Shown here: positions 36,207-49,790 of the stretch, one piece after another
How the letters are laid out: each line of letters begins with the position of its first letter
Position numbering within the stretch: position 1 is the first letter of the stretch
NCBI GenBank assembly: GCA_973851085.1
Contig: OZ316775.1
Span: 1,550,001-1,614,000 of the forward strand
Direction of reading: 5' to 3'
DNA: 64,000 nucleotides
Source of the DNA: Ptychomitrium polyphyllum
Lineage: Eukaryota
Program-made: the position numbers and the translations under genes
Notes under the pieces: model-generated
What the model saw: only the letters and a program-made list of their open reading frames with translations
Told to the model about the DNA's origin: nothing
The model's database searches: none

Positions 36207-39054
36207 ATGGCCACATCCAAGGCGGTGCTCATGATCGTCGGTGATTATGTCGAAGATTACGAGGTGGGGAGGGGGGCACTGCCATTGAATCTCCTGCTTT
36301 TTGATGCAGTGGAATGTCTGTCGTGTTTGAGTTTGTTGGACTTTAGGTAAAGGTGGCAGTTTTGGCCCGGTGAGCGGTGGGGAGTATGGGGTGTGTGGTT
36401 GGCGATCGCAATTGTGTTCAGTGTGGGTGAGGTGGGTTTGTGGTGTTGGTGTTTTGATTTAGGTGTGAGTGATGGTTATATGATTTGTTTCCAATGTGGG
36501 ATTCCGTTGGGGATGTGGTTCGGTGTTGAAGAGTTTGTGGTTGTTTCCTAGCAGTTTGGACATATAGGTATGTGAGCGGAGGGGAGATGTTGATGGGGAG
36601 GGTTTAAAGTTGTTGAGGTGGTCAGTGAGTTTCGTTGATTGGAGGAGGGAGGATTGTTTTAGATAGTGGCCGATCGTGTGGTTTCCTTGTGCTGTATGTG
36701 AACTGAATGGTCCAATCGGCATTCTTTCAACTTTTCCAATTACGGATCCCCGTGTAAAGAATTTAGTTGCGGAGTTGTTTCGTTTTGTAGCCTTTGTAGG
36801 AATGCGTCACTTTCTGGAGTTGCTTAACTTTGACAATTTTGGGTAATGACCGTACCGGAATCGATCATAACAGGCCTTATTAGAGAGTGATGTGATTGGT
36901 TGAAAGCGGGTTATTCTAAAAGGAATATCTCTGCTCGCATTCTGATGTCGTGACTGTGCCACGTGGTGATTGAAGTGCAGGTTATGGTTCCGTTTCAGGC
37001 CCTTCAGGCGTATGGATTGAAGGTCGATGCAGTGTGCCCAGGAAAGAAAGCTGGCGAGACGATTGCAACCGCTATCCATGATTTTCTTGGACACCAGGTA
37101 CACAGTTCACATCAGAATTCTCTTCGTCACTCAACAATGATAGAATCCTATGTTGATTGTATGTAAGCTCTCGATATTCTTGACAGCACTTTCTTTTCAA
37201 AGGCCTTTACTGAAATAGTGAATCCAGCGTGCCTTGGGCTTCTTTGACAATTGTGAGTTATGGTCTCCAATTGGTCGACGATCAAATATGAGGAGGTAGT
37301 TTGCTTTCGAGCATCATGGAGGGGTTTCGTGGGATTGACTATTGCAGAGTGATGATCAATGTGTTTGTTATAAATTTCTGAGACGGCAGTTGATACCAAC
37401 CGATATTATTGAGCCGGAGGATATGGTGTGCTTTTGAACAGACCTACTCGGAGTTCAAGGGCCACAATTTTGCATTGACAGCAAACTTCAAGGATGTGGA
37501 TGCGGACAGCTACGATGCGTTGGTGGTGCCAGGAGGCCGCGCTCCAGAGTATCTCTCGCTTGATGAGGGCGTTCTGAACTTGGTCAAGAAGTTTGAAAGC
37601 TCACATAAACCAATTGCTTCAATCTGTCATGGTCAGCTTATTCTTGCAGCTGCTGGCGTTTTGAAGGACAAGCAGTGCACGGCGTATCCAGCAGTGAAAC
37701 CGGTTGTTGTAGCTGCAGGTTGAGATGCGAGCCCTTCCACCCAAGTGTATTTTGGCCGAGTAGTTCATGACTTTGTTTCAAAGGTTTCATTTAGATTTTT
37801 CAAACCTGGGTTTAGTTACACTTATATGCGGAATTTTTTCTCTAGAGGTGTGTCTATTGGCCTTTATTGTGGGCTGTACATTGCTTTTGCAGGATTCGGT
37901 TTTGAACTTCTTTTCATTCGATATTTCAATATGTACTCTCCCTTTTGCACAATCTCGCATTTCTTTGATTACGTGCGCAGGTGGTATCTGGAAAGATCCC
38001 AGTCCCATTTCAGCCTGTTTCACAGATGGGAAACTCGTAACAGGTGCAGCCTGGCCAGGCCACCCTGAATTCCTGAAGCAGCTGTTGCAGGTGCTCAGTG
38101 CTACTGTTCAAGGTGGTGACAAGAAGGTTCTCATGATGTGCGGGGTGAGTAACTATCTCGTTTTATCAAGTTAGTGACGAGTTACTGTCTTGCAGATAGC
38201 TGAACGATTATTCCATGTAGAGAAACTGAAATCGAGGCTCTCAAGCTAAATTGAACAGCAATTTTGTGTGTTATTGTACAGGATTACATGGAGGACTACG
38301 AGGCAATGGTACCGTTTCAAACCATGCAAGCTTTAGGGTACCAGGTTGATGCAGTGTGCCCTGACAAGAAGGCTGGGGACACCTGCGCTACTGCTGTTCA
38401 CGACTTTGAAGGTGCACAAACTTACAGTGAGAAGCCCGGCCACAAATTTGCTCTTACAGCGACTTTCAGTGAAGTGAAGGCAAAAGACTATGACGCACTT
38501 GTTGTTCCAGGAGGTCGTGCACCTGAATACTTGTCCTTAAATGAGAAAGTGTTGGATTTCGTTCGGGAGTTTGACCACGAGAGGAAACCCATTGCATCCA
38601 TATGCCATGGGCAACAGATCTTGGCTGCAGCTGGTGTGCTCAAGGTATTCTCAACTTATGAGCTCAGGTTTTAATGAGCTATGATTCTTGAGCATGTCGC
38701 TGGCATACTGGTTCTTTGAAATGTTTTGTCTAGTTTCCTCAAAATATGTTCTCTTTAATACTTGATATCTGTGGTGCAATGACATCCTTGACTCCACGAA
38801 ATCATGATGCATTTTTGAACGTCATGAGGCATGGGTCCTGAAAGTGAACTGGTGAATCTGTGCAGGGAAAAAGGTGCACAGCATATCCGGCTGTGAAGAG
38901 CCATGTTGTATTATCTGGGGGACAGTGGCTGGAGCCCGATCCAATCACGAAATGTTTCACTGATGGACACTTGGTTACTGGGGCTGCGTGGCCAGCTCAC
39001 CCAGAGTTTGTTGCACAGCTCATGGGTTTGTTAGGAACTGCTGTCACGTTCTGA
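36207..39054 (+). CDS. DJ1D: DJ-1/PfpI double-domain protein, DJ-1D type (glyoxalase III / YLS5-like)
   Basis: join(36207..36263,36981..37097,37442..37718,37981..38144,38282..38644,38866..39054). Two tandem PfpI domains, each with GDYx[25 protein letters not shown] and [13 protein letters not shown]. Confidence 0.93.
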
Positions 39055-39545
39055 AATCATTTGGGGCTCCAAGTTGCTCACAATTTCTGTATTCAAGAAT
39101 GGCACTTGACTTTAGAAGAGTACCAAAGAGATACAGTATGTGGGAAGCTTAGCATTGAGGGAATACGAGAAGTATGGTTGTAATTGGCATCGCTGTGATT
39201 AGTACGTGTAATTTTAAGACTAAGTTTATCATGCAGGATCCATGTGTTTAGGGTGTAACAGCTTTCCTGATTCAACAGTGAGATCCAAAAATCCGAGGAA
39301 TGAGTAATCACTGTATACACATTTCGTCTATTTTGTACATTGGGGCTGGGTTTGCCACTTCAGTTTTCCCTGGATCTCTGTAAAAAATGTCTGAGCTATA
39401 ACACGTTGTCTTGAGTGCCGCTTCTAGCCTAACTACCTCATCGTCTGAATTCTACAAATTTTCTAAATGCAGCTGCTCCTACTTAAATTGCCCTAAAAAT
39501 GAAATTCTCATCCTCCAACAAGTTCCCAAAGACTTTGCACCTTTT

Positions 39546-41926
39546 TCATTCCCAAGGAAGATGCGAACTTGTTCGGTCCTTGTCATGAGAACCAAACACT
39601 TTCTGCGTGTAATTCCTCAGAGCATAGTCCTGCACTTCACAATAGCGTGACTCCCAATCCGCAGGCTTGATAGCTTTGGTCCCAAGGTCCGGAACCCTGT
39701 CCTTCGACTGATAGTTCCTGTCCTCGGTCCAGTCTGCTACATAGGTCGCTGCACGACGATGGAACTTCGTCTTAAACTCGTCCCAGACTTGGAACTTGTA
39801 GTGGTTGATGATAGCCACCCATGGCTTCATGAGCTTCCTCCCGTAACCAGGCTTCAAGTTAAAATGGTGTATCACATTAGCCAAAGTATTATCAATGGAA
39901 CTCAGCAACACAATCGACTTGTGTCTCTCCGTCTTCTTCAGCCGACATGTATACCCCTGGGTTACCCCTTGAGACGGTGACACCTTCAACCCTGATGGCC
40001 CAAAATTATGACAAAAAGTAGAGATTTGCCCCACTATTCCATTCACCTCTGGATCACGCACTGTAACTGCTTCTTCAACAAAAGTAGCAAGAATGGAAGA
40101 ACTTTGCGCTCCAGGTAAACTCAATTCTGGTGCATTAGTCCAAGCTGGCACTTCAGCAGGAGCAAGAGATTCATTCCCCAAGAAACGCTCACTCGGGAAA
40201 AAATATTCGTCTATGTCCGTGAAGAGCATCCAAGTGCATTCCGGTCTAGCCATTAGACTACAATGAGAGAATCCAGCCTCCTGCGTCTTCACCCATGGCC
40301 ATGACTCCTTGGTCACGTTAAAACGCCCCAAGCTTGCAACAACTTCGTCCAAGTCATCCTCACTGTTGTTATCGTACAAAAAGAATTTCTCCACGCCCAG
40401 GTGACTGTGGTAGTACACCCACTCTTGCAAAAACTTCGCTCCGTTGTAGATCATTGTACAGGAGCAAATATGATGTTTCTTCAAACCTGGAGTAGCTCCT
40501 TCGGATTGTGAACCTCTAGGAGGTTCTAGCAGCTTCCTTCCCACAGAACCGAAGAAAGTATGCCTCACCTCTGATTTCGTATCTAGTGGGTTATAGTATG
40601 CCACTGACGATAATACGTTCCCTTCAAACTTCACAGAGATTTTCTTCCCGGTGAAGCGGTGAATCAAATCAACTGGAGGGTGAGGGCATCTGAAAATCTC
40701 TTGTGCTTGTGCAGTGACAGCCATTTCAAAGTGACCCCCATATACGCACTGGAACTGCTGTAGGCGATCCTGTTCAGAAATTTCAGGAAGATTTGCTCCA
40801 CGAGTATGATTAATTCCATGGACGAATACTACCACGTCTTCATTTGTTGGAAAAGCTTCGTAGGTTATTTTACTTGAGTTCCACTGCAATGGCTGCTCAG
40901 GAAGTAAAGATTTTCGTCTTCTGTGAATTTCTTGGTATTGGTCTACTTCGATAAGAATAGAATCCAAATGCCAGGTCAGATGTTCAGGGGGTGCGCCGCA
41001 CAGGACTGCAGCTCTGTCATTTGAGAGGTGGTGCACTGATATGACCTTGCGATAAGCGAAGTGGGTGACGCCACCGTAGCGGCACTCCAGACTTTCTTTG
41101 CTTGGAAACCCGCTTGTTGACGATGCTCTTACCAAAATCAAAACTTCGTAGTCGAATCTGATGACGTCTTCAATATAAATTTTGGGATGAAAGGTTGAGT
41201 GTTTGGTCTCTCGTTGCCAGTAATTGGGGATCATACCAGCTGGTAGACTAAGAACAGAATGATTTGAAGGAGCAACTGTATCAAACAGCACATTACAGAG
41301 GTTAGTCGTAAGCAAGAGAGTCTTAAAACCTACAGATAACATTCTTTCATTCAAATTATCAGAATCCAAGGTGGTAGTTTCCAGGATGTGGAAGCTCTTC
41401 ATTAAGATTCCTTTAGAGTATTAAGGTTATCAAAAGAAAATATTAAGTTTAATAAGTGCTAGAGGCACCCCAAAACTAACGCATAACATTTAGAATTCAA
41501 GCACAAGGTATCAGAATTCAAGACAATATCTTGAACGAATTGGATACTTTAGTTTGCAGTGAGTTGCATTGAAGGGGTTGTATCTAAACAAGAGTTACAT
41601 GAAGCGCATTCAAAGAACGAGTGGTGAGAATATCTGTCTCCGACAACCTGTGATAAATCCCTGAGATAGGTCCAATGAGGTTGAAATTCAAGACAAGAAA
41701 TTTGCACTTTTAGGAAGAAGAGAGAGTGAGGGAGAACTGTTCACGTACCTTGATCAATTGTGTGGAAGCCCACAAGGGCAACGATTGCAGCGATAGCGAG
41801 AAGCAAGAGGCCATAGCACACTCGCCGCAAACAAACCCGCCGCCGAAACTTGTCCACATGACGCTTAATCATCGATCTGTTCTCCAGGCTCTCTGGTAGT
41901 AGCGAACTATACCCGTTGTGCACCAT
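39546..41926 (-). CDS. Glycosyltransferase family 92 (DUF23) type II membrane protein (~653 aa)
   Basis: complement(join(39546..41329,41749..41926)) = 1962 nt. Single N-terminal TM helix (YGLLLLAIAAIVALVG), then CTMIYNGAKFLQEWVYYH, FFLYDNNSED, WPWVKTQEAGFSHC, FTDIDEY, INHYKFQVW, KFHRRAATYVADW. Confidence 0.92.
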
Positions 41927-44299
41927 TCCAAAACAATCCTGCACCTTATATCACCTGCTCCTCCGGCTGTCACCTACTCCAACAAATCTTCAGAATCAGT
42001 TCAATCGTACCGCCCACTTGCCTTGTTTCGCATTTGCGAAACACCCGCAACCTCCACTCCTTCGCGATGCTATGCCAAGCAGGTGAATAATATCGCAGCG
42101 CTTTGTGTGACAGCTGGGTATGGTCCTCGCAACGGTTATGACACTTATTGGCAGCCAAACCTCAATATCCAAAAAAACCGAAAACTAATAATCTTCGAGA
42201 CAGGGGAAATAAAACTTGAGGGTCACAGCTCCGGACGCTGCAAGAAGAGCAAGCTAGTTCCCAACGTTGGCGAAACTTCGAACACAACGCAAACCTCGCA
42301 ACAGAGACTCGATATCATGAAGCGCTCAGGTTTGAGTAACCATCCAGAACAAACTCCAAACACAGCACTGGAAACCCCGCGATCGCAACCATTTCTAGCT
42401 ACCCCACCGCTTAAGAGAAAAAACTCATTCCACGAATCCTTGAAGAACAAGTCATCCTCCTCAATCCCTCCCTCAAAACTAAACTCGCCCACTCTAACCT
42501 CAACCTCAAACTCAAGTTCACAGCCCACCACCCACCCCCACCCCCCCAGCACGCGCTTCCCAGCTGCCCAAACTAGCACGCGACTTGACAGTCGGCTGCC
42601 TCTCGTGTCCACTCCACTCGTCTCTACACTGCAAGCCTGCAACTTCAACAGCGACCCCTGAACCAAACAACAGTAACGTACTGTCAGCAACGATTGCTTC
42701 CAGCACGAGTCTTCATCAACTCCGTTGCAACCGTGACCAGAGTCCACAGCTCCACATTCCCTGATTTTCTCACAATAATCATACAGCTGGTGGGGCCTGG
42801 CAGGCGCAGCATCGAAGAGCGTCCTTCAAAGGTCTCATCTTGGCGTCTAGACGTCGCAAGGGAATCCGTCCTCGTCACCCAGCACTTTGCTGTTTACAGT
42901 GCGGCCCTCCGTGACGTGGCTTGCTGACTGACTCCTGGTGCCAAAGCACTCCTTCTGTTCCTGGCTGGGAGGACCTGTCCTAATTTGGTGTCGTGACTAT
43001 GAATTTGTTTATCAAGAGGATCTTCGAAGGTGGGATTCCGATGCTGCCAACTCAGAGAGGTGACTGGGGCGGTACATGGGAGGGGTATCCAAGAAAGTGT
43101 CACTGTATGGAGTGTTTGCTTATGTGTATGTAAATAGGAATGTAGTGAGAGGTGTTTTATTGTATGGAGAGTGGGTTTGAGAATTGATATCTGTATGGCC
43201 ACTGCTGCTTTTTGCTTAAGGAGTGTAGACATTTCTGAAAAGAAACCGTTTTGACACTACATGTTCAAAATTTCCTTTCCTCTACATTAAGACAATACAC
43301 AGCAAGATGAGGCCACCATACCCTTTCCAAGTATGGTAACTATGAACATGCGTCATTTTGGTGAGTTAGAAAGTGGGTTTTGCTAACATATTCCACAAAT
43401 GTGCTATTGTGAAGGGGTATCCAAAAGCAAAAATGACATTCTACAGTAGTAAAAACTATCATGATGGTGTGCTTTCATTGCTGTTGGGTGTGCCACTGGG
43501 GTCTGCCTTAGGATGTTGGCAGGTGATGTTCTCAGTCACTTTAGGAGTTTGGTCAAGGGGAGGGGTGAGTTAGTCCAAGGGGATTCTTCAGCTTTGCTGA
43601 TTTTTGTGGGCATCCAAATTCTTATTTTCCTTCTTTTCTGTGTTTATCTTTGAGGTTGTGTGTTGACTGGGTTGTGTCTGTGTTGTACCTTTTTGATCTT
43701 TTAGATCTGGTGGTGTGGTTCCGTGGTGGTGTGCGCTGTGGTACGGATTACTTTCCAGTGTCCACAGTATTTGTGGGCCATGATTCTGTGTGAGCATTGG
43801 GGGCTGGATCCACTTGGTAGAGGCCCTAGAGGCTCTTTCCAACAAGGTGTCTGTGGGTTACCAGATCCTATATGGCTGCAGAAGTGGCACCCTCGGAGAA
43901 AATGACATGAATAAGTTTGGACGGTGAAGTGTACTGAACCCACTTCTTGCATTCAGTACACTTGGCATATGGAACAGGAGAGCTGAACAATGTATAGCAT
44001 CATCACGGTTGCACAATCATAAAACTCTTTGCCACCTGGTTTTGACTGGCTATAACTTGTGAATAACTGAGGTGCTCAGATTTAAGGGAAGCAGGCCCAT
44101 TATCACCTTTTTCCCACCTCCACAAGGAAAGTGGGGTGGGAAGTAGATGAGAAAGTTGTGATAATGGGTGTAAAATTGGATACACATAGGCCTATGGAGT
44201 GGTGGTATTATGAAGGTTTGCAAATCATATACTAAATTTTGGAAGACGATTGTACATTGGATATGAGCTTGTTTCATGATGGCTTTTGGATGAAATTTA

Positions 44300-47150
44300 G
44301 ATGATTGTGCGCGCATTAGGTGGTGATTATTAGTTGTTGTTTGGGTGATTATTGGGTTAACATATTCATGATTATTAAGCATTTGTATGGGTATCCTTTG
44401 AAATCTTATAATTGATACAATTTTAATAAAAAATTGTGATTCAACTTGCATTGGACACCAAAATTGTAGCTTTTATATCAAAACATAATTAAAAAAATAT
44501 TCAAAGTACCTACAAATAAGCAAGTTTGTTAGCATAGTAGATATGGACTTGCTTACCTTTATTCATATGCTTCAAAAGTCACAACTTCTAGATTTTGGAT
44601 CATGGATAGATCTAAGGTTTTGACAAAAGAATTGATAAGAGTCCTTTGTCAGATTTGTATATCATTCATTGATTTAAACATATACTTTTAATAATTAATA
44701 CCTTTGTACATCTTCTATTTAATTGATAGACTATTTACTAGTGATTACACATTAAAACCATATATAATTATATAAAAAACATTAGTATAAATTAACAGAA
44801 ATTTAGAATTTATATGATAAGATTATGCTTGATTTAATGTCTTCTAAAGCTTAAATAGCCTTAAAGAGCTTTTTAGATTTAAGTGAACTGTCTTCTTTAA
44901 AAAAGAAAAAAACTTGATTCAAATGCACATAAAGAATCATTGATTTTAAAAATCAATGTTTGAACATTGTTTTTGTTTTGAGGTTGAAAAGTTAAATAAT
45001 AAAATTTTAATAAATAAATAGGTGAAACAAACTAAATAATACATTATTTACTAGGAATGTTCTTAAATTTGTTGCAAATGTTTTAACTTTCTATATAGGG
45101 TAGATTATGTATAGCCATTACTTTTAAGTATTTTGGCATAGATGCAATCAAAGTTTGAAACTTAGTAATATCTACAAATTCTTTTTAGAAAAATATCCTA
45201 ATGTACTGAAAACTTAATCTTAAATTTACCATGAATTTTTATCAAATTATTTAACTTAAAAGTAATAGGATCCTAAACATGAGACTAGATACACATAAAA
45301 ATAATAGAAAAGAAGAATCTATAACACATGTAATACACATGTAATATTGGTGGAGCAGCTCCACCACCCTGCACTTTGGTCACTTTGGTTGGTGGTTCTT
45401 TTGAAATGAGGATGCCCTTTGCACATGACTGTAACTCACACAAAACGTGCATATATGCAGAAAGCAAGCTCAATGAATATGTTCAACTCAACTTTAGAAC
45501 TTGCCTGCACTGGACAAAGTAATATTGACAAGCACTCAACAGTGCACAGTATGGGAGATTGTTTCAATTACCTGCAAAGGAAGGCAAGTTGCAACTTAAA
45601 CAGTGTCTCATATGATAGAGTTTTGCACCACAAATTGAGATCTGACTGAAGCTGAGCAACTGCAACTTGTGAGGTGCAAATCATCAGAGTCATCAAGAGC
45701 AACAAAATCATGATAGTTGAAATCTTCATAGTGCTCACATTTTTGTGTTGACAATAAATGAAACTTTCATCTTATTATTAAGTCAATTAAAGCCATAATT
45801 GACATTACTTTGCAAATTCACAATTGACATTTTTATTATACCCATAATTGATACTTGTACTACATCTCTAATTAACATTTTGATCCTATTCAAAATTAAC
45901 ATATATTAATTGAACACACAATCAATATCTCATTTTAACTTTAATATAAACTAATTTATCATCATTCATGTAAATAATTATTGCTGTCATGTTTTAATTG
46001 GCCTAAATCAAAGGCATGCTTGTATATACACTCCTATAATCTCACTAAATATTGTAGTATATAGTCAATTTTAGTATTTTTTTTCCAAGCATAGTTTTAA
46101 TGAAGAATTATGAATTTCAAATTTAAAAAGCTTTTATTATAAGTGATATGATTTTTTAATTATATATTAAAATAAATATTTATATTATTATTTAAAATCT
46201 ATTTTCAATTAATTGACATCCAATAATTGACATGAATTCTTATATTGCTTATTACTCATGATGCTTTTTAAAGAAGTAAACTTAACTCTCAAATTCCATA
46301 TATCTTTTAAAAAAAATACATCTTCAATTCCTAATCTTTGAAATAAAACTTCCAATGATTAGTTCTCACATCAGTATTAATTTCCATTCATATAAAATAA
46401 GAAAGTTTTAAACTTGTATATTATTATAGTGCAACTTCAATCCAAAGATATAAAACTATCAAAGGTAGAAGGTAATCTTTTTCCATTTTTAAGAGATACA
46501 AGCTTGATTTTAAAAAGTCTAATTATACATTTTTGCAAGGTTTCTTTCATTGAAATGTGTGTCTTCTTTCTTCCTCAGATATTTCTATCCATTCAAATGG
46601 ACAATTTTTTATAGAATACATTGTAAAGTAAAATGTGATTTGTATTCTTGTTCTCCAATACTCCAATTTCAATAATCTTAATTTTATTAAAGATTTTAGA
46701 TAGAAGTTTAAAGTCATAATGATTTACATGGGCCTCCAAACATTAGTTTCAAATGTTTGCACTTGTAAATTCCTACCATGTTCTTTTTTCAATTCATCTA
46801 GTATAGCCATTCTTAAAGTTTATGTTGTTGCACTCAACCTTTGCTACTATAATAGCATTTACAAAACATTCTTTAATGATTACTTCAAAAACCCTCTTTC
46901 AAAGTTGAATTCATTCTATCTTGAAATATTTCAATTCCTTCCTAAGAAATGTCCTCAACTTACAATTAGATTCTTCACTATTAACATAAGTTTGGATTGC
47001 TTGTGTAAAATTAAAGAAAGAGGTACTAGTTTGTGTGCTAATGCACCAAATTTTAGAAAGGGTTCAAACATCATATTCATTATAATGGAACAAAACAACA
47101 ATTATGGGATTGTTTAGTGAGTGCATAACTAATGTATAATGTTAACATGT
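44300..47150. repeat. AT-rich, CpG-depleted block, probable decayed mobile DNA of unassigned family
   Basis: Same composition as the 10850-16560 block; abuts the 5'-truncated PPR pseudogene. No family motif recognised. Confidence 0.4.
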
Positions 47151-47231
47151 GGGACTTTGAAATTTCCCATACTAGTGATTATTATGGTGTTTTCAGTGTT
47201 TTCAGTGACATGGTAAAGTTGAACCTTGCAG

Positions 47232-48290
47232 ATTTCTGAATGGAGACTTCAGCAGAGCTGATTCGAATCAGGTGTCCGAGACTATGCCATGTTGATTGTA
47301 AGTATGGCAAGGAAGACCATGTTGTTGAAGCGGAGAGGACGCTCCGCCCTGTGGAAGGACGTGGAGTAGTTCCGAATTTGGAGATTTACACACGGATGAT
47401 AAGTTTATGGACGGGGTAAGATGTTGGAAAGAGTTCCGTAAGTGTTGCAAAAGCTCTGACTGCAGATCTGGAACTAGACGCTGCACCTTACAAGTCAATA
47501 GTTGTTGCTTGCGGCAGTGCAGGATTGTTGAAGGGAGTAGAGGATATGTTAACTGGCATGGAATCAGCTGAGGTGCCGGTTGGGATGGATGCTTACCTTG
47601 CACTACTGACTGCATGGGGAAGGCCAGAGCAGGCCACTCACGCCCCGAGAATCTTCGATCACATGCATTTCAAGGCTTCCGAGGGGATTTGAAGGCATTC
47701 ACGGCATTGGTGGAAGCCTGCAACAAGGCGAAAGAGTATTCCAGTACAGAGCTCGTCTTCCAGAGCCTCAGAACGGCAGGTCTTAGTGAATCTGACAAGA
47801 GAGCACCTGCGAGTTTAGTTTCAGTGTATGCCAATACAAACATGTTAAACAAAGCTGCGGAGGTTGTATTAGAATTTTAATATTTCCGGGATGAAAACTG
47901 GGCCGATAAGGCTGACCTCTTGAATCAATTGGTTTGGTAAAGCTGGACTTGTTGGGAGGCCAAGCAATGATTTCAGGTGCTGTAGCTTGAGGGTCTGCCG
48001 ATTACAGAGAATGCTAATGCAATTATTTTCGCGGCTTATCCATGGCCTGGTGAGCTCCGACTGATTGACAGTATCTGGGTCGCCATTGAAGAGGACGGGA
48101 TTGCACTAGATGACCGCTCTTGTCGAGTCATTGTGAAGGGTCGTCGGGCCGGACAGGGTCTTTTAGTTCCATGAACAGGGCCAAAAGTTCTTTCCTGCAG
48201 CATTGCAAGCTCGAGGGTGGAAGCCACTGATGGATTTGAAGCTCAATCTGGCTGCACACGAGGAAGTGGTAGCTTGAATTGGCATTCATA
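47232..48290 (+). pseudogene. Disrupted P-class PPR gene (resembles At1g01970/At1g19525-type PPRs)
   Basis: After the acceptor at 47231: QQS*FESGVRDYAMLI / KYGKEDHVVEAERTL...GVVPNLEIYTRMI / LELDAAPYKSIVVACGSAGL...VPVGMDAYLALLTAW / APRIFDHM / GFRGDLKAFTALVEAC...VFQSLRTAG...DKRAPASLVSVYANTNMLNKAAEVVLEF* / INWFGKAGLV / IEEDGIALDDRSCRVIVKG. Multiple frameshifts and stops (e.g. TGA 47259-47261, TAA 47878-47880). Confidence 0.8.
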
Positions 48291-49790
48291 GCATTGAGAT
48301 TCAGTTCTGCCGCAAATTGTTTCACTCAGGACAGAGAACAGGTGTGTTTGCACATTGACGCTACCTGGCCAAGGTTATCAACCACATTTTTTTATTTGCA
48401 CTGAATATAATCGTCTTTGATAATACTTAGTGTGAGGTTTGTCTATTAGAGTTCCGTTACCTGTTCTTGATATCTTGTGTGCATGTTCTGTGCTTTTGTG
48501 TTCCTTTTCCTGCAGTACATGCTGGCGTTTGCTGGACTGGAAGCTGGAATATTCAGATTACCTCTTGTGGTTAATGCTTTACCACAGCAACACTTAAGGC
48601 AAGCAGTGAGCCTGGACTTATTTCGTCGCTTCACAGAGAGCAGTTTCAACTCCAATTGCGATATGATAGGTGATGCTGTTCACCAAGAATCCTTGTACTC
48701 CTCATGTTTCTAAGTTGAAGTACCGGTTGCACGGGCATTGATCGACCATTAGTTGGCGATGCGTTGTTAGCTCTTGATTTCTCTTTTTGTAACATAGTTA
48801 CCATCGGAGGAAACGGTTGATCCTGTCGTTTTGGTACTTTGAAATACTGTCAGGCACCGCTTGTATATCCTCAGCCTTTGCAGCCTTTGGGTGGCATTCT
48901 ATAAGTCGTTGGCGAAACTTTTTGTGAACATGTATGATACAGAGTGGGAACACGGACCTGTGCCACAAGCGAAGTTCGTACATAGTCCATAAGAATTATT
49001 TCCGTTGGGGACGATAGATATATATTTCTGTCGGTAAAATTTCTTGACTGTGTTGGTACGGTCAAAAATGGTACATGACCCCATAATAATATTGATGTTC
49101 TCATATCATGTAAATCATATGATATTACTTGATGTACATGCCCAACTGCATCACTCCGTTTGCCATGTCACACACTCCTCCATTCACAAGTCAATAAAAA
49201 AAAACATTCATGTATGGTCACTTGACTTTATTCTCTACTACTTTGCTCCTCTCTCTTCGTACATAAGCCATTTCCATGGCCACTGCTATCTCAGGATCAA
49301 TAGCCAAACACGGAACAATTCCAAACTCAAAAACACGACTCTGTGCAATGAACTTGCGGGTTTACAGAAAAACAGGAGAAACTTCAATAGGGGTCCCGCA
49401 AAGCCCTCGTGGAGCCAAAGAAAAGCAGATGAAAAAGTGGGGAAAAGGGATGAGAGGAGGCAACATTGTGCATCTGTTGTCGTCGGGGAATGCAGAGCTT
49501 CTCGTGCAGACAAGGCAACAGCCGTAGCGCGACGAAGTATACTTGTCGTCGCGCTTCGCACTTCAATCAAGCTCAGCAGTTCCACACAACGTGCAGCTCA
49601 GGAGTACTAGGGATTGTCAGGAATCATTGAGGACCAGTCAATGAGACTATTTAAAAGTGGTTTCCGTGAAGTTGTAGTGGAGGTTTGATTTGGAAGGTTT
49701 GTGAGTTTGGGATTTTGATATGCGCTTTGGGGTTCTGTGAGTTTGGATTGTAGGGGAGGGGATTTGTTGTTTGTTAGGTGAGGGGAAGCG

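Noticed and set aside
24547..41926. Nucleotide-sugar transporter plus GT92 as a cell-wall biosynthetic cluster
   Set aside because: Separated by ~12 kb and three unrelated genes; both families are large, so co-occurrence is unremarkable.
41918..42747. 247-aa plus-strand and 174-aa minus-strand ORFs
   Set aside because: They overlap the GT92 5' UTR intron (acceptor just upstream of ATG 41926); compositionally biased, no domain.
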